Shown in pieces: positions 59,343-64,000 of a DNA stretch of 64,000 nucleotides (the stretch's first letter is position 1; each line of letters opens with the position of its first letter). Location of the stretch: assembly GCA_963828125.1 (NCBI GenBank), contig CAWHDP010000002.1, positions 1,056,001-1,120,000 on the forward strand, written 5' to 3'. The DNA is from an uncultured Chlamydiae bacterium (lineage in GTDB: Bacteria; Chlamydiota; Chlamydiia; Chlamydiales; SM23-39). The notes below the pieces were generated by a model that did no database searches, was not told the DNA's origin, and saw only the letters and a list, made by a program, of their open reading frames with translations. Position numbers and translations under genes: made by a program.

Positions 59343-59864
59343 CTAATGTACCGAATTATCCTCAACAGTTTTCTTTGGCACCTCGATTTTGTCTCCGTTC
59401 CGCAAGATTTTTCTCCTCCGAAAAAAAGTTTTATCGGCCTCTTTTGTCAAGGCGACTTTTGATTTGAGATCGGAGATGCGGCTTTTTGGCGGCAAGCGCA
59501 AAAGGACCGGCTCTTCGACAGCCCCTGTGACAGTGACGGCAATCTCCTGAAGCTCTTCTACGCATAAACGGAGCGGGGCGTCGATGATTTCGTTCAAGGG
59601 AAGGGCCTTCAGGTTGGCGTCCGGCAAGGGGCGGGCTTTGCGGAGCGCTTGGCCAACGGTGGTTCCAGCTTCGACAAGATATTCTCCCGGCTTTTTGACA
59701 GCCCCTTCAATGGCAACTAAAATTTCTTCTCTCTCAAATGAGGCTGCAGCGAGAGCGGAAGCGGCTTTGCGTCCGTTGATTTTCGCGATGAGGAGGAAGC
59801 TGGCGATGAAGAGGAGAAGCGTAGCGGCTAAAAGCCACTCTGCAGAACCCAACGAATTTTTCAT
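59343..59864 (-). CDS. Membrane-anchored tandem SLBB-domain protein
   Basis: N-terminal TM helix; VAIEGAVKKPGEY and VTVTGAVEEP...LRNGDKIEVP. Confidence 0.75.
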   Translation of the reverse strand: MKNSLGSAEWLLAATLLLFIASFLLIAKINGRKAASALAAASFEREEILVAIEGAVKKPGEYLVEAGTTVGQALRKARPLPDANLKALPLNEIIDAPLRLCVEELQEIAVTVTGAVEEPVLLRLPPKSRISDLKSKVALTKEADKTFFRRRKILRNGDKIEVPKKTVEDNSVH

Positions 59865-59906
59865 AGGAGTTTAGGAGGAGGGGCGCCCCCCTCCTTGTGT
59901 TTCTTG

Positions 59907-60725
59907 CTAATAAACTTTTGACTCTCGCGGTTTGAAGAACTCGACGATCTCGTAGGGTCTCGTCGCTTTAAAGAAGTAGGCCCACATCGAGGCGATCGTG
60001 GAGAGCAACGAGACGCCCAGGAGAGCTGCAGCGGGAAGGATAGGGCCGCCGAAGGCGAGAACTAAAAGTCCCAAAGCGGCTCCTGCCACAGAGGCGATCG
60101 CCTTGATCATCCGGATGAAAGCCTCCTTGCCTGTATCTGCCATGCGGCGGAAAAGGGCGGCGTTTTGCACTTTATCGATATGCGCCAAGTGGTCGGCTGC
60201 CAATCCGTAATCTTCAGCGGCCATGGAGAGGTCGGTGAAGTTCGCTACAGCATCAGGGATGTCGGCAGCTGTTTTAAGGGCCGAATTGGCAAAAAGAAGA
60301 GAGAGGGCGTAACCCCAGGAGGCCATGCAATCGGCCACGCTGTTGATTTTTTGGAGAATCGCTCTGCTGGCGCTTGCGACTGGGCCTGTCGAATTCACGT
60401 TCCAATCTGAGAGCGCCTGCCATGCGTCTTGAGTGACTAATGGGAGCCTTGGGATCACCAAAAAAGCCCAAGCAGCGTTCAACTTCTTGCTGACGCCGGC
60501 AAAAAAGAGCGACATCGCGTCTCCCATCTCTTCGAGAATGAGAGAGACAGCCTTGCACACCCGATCCAAAAGCTGGAGAATACGGAACGTTCCATTCGCC
60601 TCTTTTGTATATGCGATCAGATGGCCCACCCATGTTTTAGGTTTACCTTCTTTAGTGTGTAAAGCGGGATTTGGAAATGCTCCAAATGACGTGTTGAGTA
60701 TTGTCGTAGGCGCTGCTGCCGACAT
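59907..60725 (-). CDS. Putative inclusion-membrane/effector protein, Cap1(CT529)-syntenic
   Basis: Ala-rich helical protein with a C-terminal bilobed hydrophobic segment; lies between fmt and rplC. Confidence 0.55.
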   Translation of the reverse strand: MSAAAPTTILNTSFGAFPNPALHTKEGKPKTWVGHLIAYTKEANGTFRILQLLDRVCKAVSLILEEMGDAMSLFFAGVSKKLNAAWAFLVIPRLPLVTQDAWQALSDWNVNSTGPVASASRAILQKINSVADCMASWGYALSLLFANSALKTAADIPDAVANFTDLSMAAEDYGLAADHLAHIDKVQNAALFRRMADTGKEAFIRMIKAIASVAGAALGLLVLAFGGPILPAAALLGVSLLSTIASMWAYFFKATRPYEIVEFFKPRESKVY

Positions 60726-60804
60726 GATTGACCTCCGTGTTTTTAAGGCAAGGATCATATGGTAGCGATAAATTTAGTGTAAAGGATATTTATACTGCGG
60801 CCAC

Positions 60805-60859
60805 GTAAAAGTTCAGCCCACAGCCGGGAGTCTCTCCTGGCTGTGGGCTGAACTTTTAC
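60805..60859. repeat. 21-bp perfect inverted repeat (REP-like or terminator)
   Basis: GTAAAAGTTCAGCCCACAGCC-N13-GGCTGTGGGCTGAACTTTTAC. Confidence 0.85.
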
Positions 60860-60894
60860 TATTGATCAGCGCTGATAAACGGGCCAATGTCCGG

Positions 60895-61647
60895 TTAAAT
60901 AGTCACCGTAGAGGCGAAGGAAATGATCCGATGTTCTCCTTCGTCCTTGAACAGATCCTTCCGGATGGAGAGGAGCGTCGTGGAGAGAGAGAAGAGCGTC
61001 ATTGCGATCACTGGGAGCAGCTGAACGCCGGAGAGAAACATGATGAGGGCCGCAAACGCAGAGGCAATCGACATGAACGCTTTGACAACGCAAAGCCAGT
61101 AATAGTGTTTACTATGCGTGACCACTTTTTTGAGAGGGCCTGTCGTATCCTCTTCGAGCTTCACAGCTTTATTGTAATCGCCGTAGGCAACCGTCAAATC
61201 GGCCACATCATCGCCAAAATCGGTGATCTTTGTGAGCGTCCCGAGCATCGGATTGGCTGCGCCGACAAAATTGATCGTATTCCCTACTGCCGTGAGAGCG
61301 CCCATTGTTTCACCGACGGCTTTCGTGGTTTGTCTCTGCGTCAGATCATCGTCCTCTCCATGGCTCTCTTGGGCCGCCATCAACGCATCATAAGCTCTCC
61401 GAAGGGCGCTTGGAAGACGAACGATCCCAAAAACGCCTAATGCCTGTCCAGCGCCGGCAGCCACCCCTGTGGCGCCGATTGCGCTGGAGATCTGTCCGGT
61501 GAGTTTGATCCCATTGCTGATTCCGCCTGGCGTACCGGTATAATCGATGACTCGGCTTAGAAGAGGCTGCCCATATTTTTCATTTCTATTGGAATCCATC
61601 CAATTCTGATCGATGCGTGTAGCAGTATTTTGAACGCCTAAACTCAT
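60895..61647 (-). CDS. Putative inclusion-membrane/effector protein, paralog of 59907-60725
   Basis: Shares RLP, DL..A..DY and KA..S.A motifs and the C-terminal hydrophobic hairpin. Confidence 0.55.
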   Translation of the reverse strand: MSLGVQNTATRIDQNWMDSNRNEKYGQPLLSRVIDYTGTPGGISNGIKLTGQISSAIGATGVAAGAGQALGVFGIVRLPSALRRAYDALMAAQESHGEDDDLTQRQTTKAVGETMGALTAVGNTINFVGAANPMLGTLTKITDFGDDVADLTVAYGDYNKAVKLEEDTTGPLKKVVTHSKHYYWLCVVKAFMSIASAFAALIMFLSGVQLLPVIAMTLFSLSTTLLSIRKDLFKDEGEHRIISFASTVTI

Positions 61648-61717
61648 TCTTTCACCATGTTTAGTCTACCAACAATATTAAATGATGACGAATTTAAACA
61701 AAATAAAACAAAGAACT

Positions 61718-62641
61718 TTACAAATAAAACAAAATATTTTTTTGTCCGCGAAGCCAATCCAAGGCGCTCATCGCCTTTTTCCCTTCGGCCTGCACCTCGA
61801 GAAGTTCAATAGCCCCCTCGCCTGCGGCCACAACCCCCTCTTTGAGCCGCTCGCCCGGCGCCCCCTTTCCCTCCACAACCTTCGCGCGGAGCACCTTCAA
61901 TCTTTTTTTGTCAGTTCCGGCACAGATCCAGCACCAGGCGCCGGGCCGAGGGGAGAACGCTCGAATCAAATTATGAATTTCACCCGCCGGCTTTTTCCAA
62001 TCGATTTCCCCCTCTTCCAACTCAATTTTTGGGGCGAAGCTCACCCCTGTCTCATTTTGAGGCTCCCCCTCTGGAACGCCCCGCTCATATCTTTGGATCA
62101 CGTCCAATAGCAGAGGCTTTGCCAGCTCGATCAATCTCTCTTCAAGCTCTCCAAAAGTCATCTCAAACGGCACCTTTACCTTGGCTATGCCGATTACATC
62201 GCCGGCGTCCATTTGACGCACCATTTTTTGGATGGCGACGCCCGTCTCTTTTTCCCCCGCCATTAAACATCTCTGGATCGGGGCCGCCCCTCGATATTTC
62301 GGCAATAAACTCGCGTGGACATTGATACAGCCCAACGGAGGAATATCCAAAAGCCTCTGCGATAGAATCTGACCGTAGGCCACAACGACAAAAAGAGCCG
62401 CCTCCAACTGTCCGATCGCCTCCAAAAACTCTCCATTAGAGGCCTTTTCCGGTTGGAAAACAGGGATCCCATAGATACCCGCTAGTTCTTTCACTGGAGA
62501 CGGCACTCTCTGCGAAGACCTCCCCTTAGGACGATCCGGCTGCGTGACGACAGCCGCCACATCGACCCCCTTCTCAATGAGATATTTCAAACACTCGGCC
62601 GCAAAAAAAGGGGTTCCAAAAAATACGATTTTCAATGTCAA
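61718..62641 (-). CDS. fmt: Methionyl-tRNA formyltransferase
   Basis: [26 protein letters not shown]. Confidence 0.98.
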   Translation of the reverse strand: MTLKIVFFGTPFFAAECLKYLIEKGVDVAAVVTQPDRPKGRSSQRVPSPVKELAGIYGIPVFQPEKASNGEFLEAIGQLEAALFVVVAYGQILSQRLLDIPPLGCINVHASLLPKYRGAAPIQRCLMAGEKETGVAIQKMVRQMDAGDVIGIAKVKVPFEMTFGELEERLIELAKPLLLDVIQRYERGVPEGEPQNETGVSFAPKIELEEGEIDWKKPAGEIHNLIRAFSPRPGAWCWICAGTDKKRLKVLRAKVVEGKGAPGERLKEGVVAAGEGAIELLEVQAEGKKAMSALDWLRGQKNILFYL

Positions 62642-63462
62642 TCTTCGAAATATTGTTCTTCGTTCTGCGAGGCGTTCGCCACCCCTTCAAGACCTAAGAG
62701 CCCCCGCTTCGAGTTCTTGCAAAAATCGATCCAGTGCTTCACCTCTCTATGGGGCTCAAGCTGATGTTCGATCTGGGCGATCGCCTCTTCGAGGTGAAGG
62801 CCAGACCGGTAGGTGATTTTAAACGCTTTACTGAGAGCGACCCGAACCTCAAGGGGGAATTTATGCCGCTTTAGACCGATGATATTAATGCCGCCGAACT
62901 TGTAGGGGAAGCCGCCGCCGACCGTGTAGGGGGGGACGTCGCGCGGAACCCTGCTGAATCCTCCAACCATGGCGTAGCAGCCGATGCGGGAAAATTGGTG
63001 AACCGGAGTCATGCCGCCGATAATCGCGCAATCCTCGATGATCACATGACCTGCGAGCATAGCGCTGTTCGACATCACAACCCGATTGCCGATCTCGCAA
63101 TTGTGCGCCACATGGCAGTAAGCCATGATGAGGCACTCGTCGCCGATCCGGACCGTCGAGTTTTCTTGGCACGAGGAGTTGATAGTGACAAATTCGCGGA
63201 TCTCGCACCGCTTTCCAATCACCACGTAGGTTTTTTCGCCGCGGAACTTGAGATCTTGGGTTTTGGTTCCGATGCTGGCGCTCGGCCAAATGATCGTCCC
63301 CTCTCCAATCGTCGTATAACCGTCTATATAAGCATGCGATTTAATCACCACATTGTCTTCGAGAGTCACCGTACTTTTGACCACGGCAAAGGGTTCGATG
63401 ATGACATTTTTGCCGATTTTCGCTCCCGGCTCAACAATCGCTTGAGGGTGTATATTAGACAT
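62638..63462 (-). CDS. lpxA: UDP-N-acetylglucosamine acyltransferase
   Basis: Hexapeptide repeats, QDLKF, IREFVTI, HVAHNC, VHQF. Confidence 0.97.
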   Translation of the reverse strand: MSNIHPQAIVEPGAKIGKNVIIEPFAVVKSTVTLEDNVVIKSHAYIDGYTTIGEGTIIWPSASIGTKTQDLKFRGEKTYVVIGKRCEIREFVTINSSCQENSTVRIGDECLIMAYCHVAHNCEIGNRVVMSNSAMLAGHVIIEDCAIIGGMTPVHQFSRIGCYAMVGGFSRVPRDVPPYTVGGGFPYKFGGINIIGLKRHKFPLEVRVALSKAFKITYRSGLHLEEAIAQIEHQLEPHREVKHWIDFCKNSKRGLLGLEGVANASQNEEQYFED

Positions 63463-63485
63463 GAAAATCCATGTTTCCCAGTTCC

Positions 63486-63950
63486 TTACAGTTGGTCTTT
63501 ATCCACAAGGGCAAAACTCAGCTCCGCTTCCACAGCAACAACCGACCCAATCATGGCCTTCGCTTTGATTTTTCCGCCATTTCCGCTCACGTGGATCCCT
63601 TTTGCATACAATAGCAGCGCATCTCCAGGCAAAACAGGCTTTCTAAACTTCGCACCTGTTATGTTTAAAAGGACAGCAATTTTTGTCACATATCCTTTTT
63701 GATGGACTAAAATGCCGCCGGTTTGCGCGAGCGCCTCTAAAATCAAAACGCCGGGCATGATGGGCACTCCCGGAAAATGGCCTTGGAAAAAAGGCTCATT
63801 CACCGTCACGTTTTTCAATCCGAGAATCTCGTTCTGCTCTAAATCCATCTCTAGAATCCGATCCACCAGCACAAAAGGGTACCGGTGTGGTAAAATTTTT
63901 TCGATGTCCTTCGCGTTCAAAATATAAGGACGCTTTTGCGGATCTCCCAT
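63486..63950 (-). CDS. fabZ: 3-hydroxyacyl-ACP dehydratase
   Basis: [25 protein letters not shown]. Confidence 0.98.
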   Translation of the reverse strand: MGDPQKRPYILNAKDIEKILPHRYPFVLVDRILEMDLEQNEILGLKNVTVNEPFFQGHFPGVPIMPGVLILEALAQTGGILVHQKGYVTKIAVLLNITGAKFRKPVLPGDALLLYAKGIHVSGNGGKIKAKAMIGSVVAVEAELSFALVDKDQL

Positions 63951-64000
63951 TAATGGCACTCCATATTAGCGATCATTTTTGCAAAGGCGATGTTGCTTGC
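63950..64000 (-). CDS. lpxC: 3' end of lpxC (partial)
   Basis: ASNIAFAKMIANMECH* with TAATG overlap into fabZ; chlamydial lpxC-fabZ-lpxA order. Confidence 0.6.
   Translation of the reverse strand, partial: ASNIAFAKMIANMECH

Noticed and set aside
46336..63927. Numerous plus-strand and alternate-frame ORFs over core genes
   Set aside because: Antisense or shadow frames of well-supported housekeeping genes
1..64000. CRISPR array, retron/DGR reverse transcriptase, rRNA
   Set aside because: No regularly spaced repeat-spacer array, RT motif, cas gene or rRNA sequence seen

Overview
Chromosomal window from an environmental member of the phylum Chlamydiae. The evidence is the grgA-gapA-rplQ...rplC-fmt-lpxA-fabZ-lpxC gene order, with rpsJ, rpsN, rpmD, adk and rpsD absent from the ribosomal block. 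The right ~19 kb (45.3-64 kb) is core genome on the minus strand: S10/spc/alpha ribosomal genes, a secY split by one base, and two Cap1-syntenic membrane proteins. An intact tRNA-Leu(TAA) at 45156-45238 anchors a tandem stack of integrative elements running leftward, marked by displaced 54-bp tRNA 3' halves at 36819 and 26375. Island A carries a dead integrase and a four-gene operon whose products all have signal peptides. The operon is built around a 1535-aa RHS/YD protein that appears circularly permuted: RHS core and DPSG motif first, then a papain-like plus DUF1598-like payload, then DUF6531 and more YD repeats. Island B is a satellite-like element (integrase, a dead-recombinase/IS5-HTH chimera, xis-like gene, primase-helicase, HGG-motif module) with cargo. 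Further left lies a decayed mosaic: an internally deleted second RHS operon, an IS66 with a Cys-rich passenger (a derived 72-bp MITE sits in island A), TA modules, a par cassette, a tRNA-Phe att remnant and ImmA/IrrE genes. The far left holds an autotransporter, a porin and a glycosyltransferase. All family calls are by-eye motif recognition; no database searches were run.
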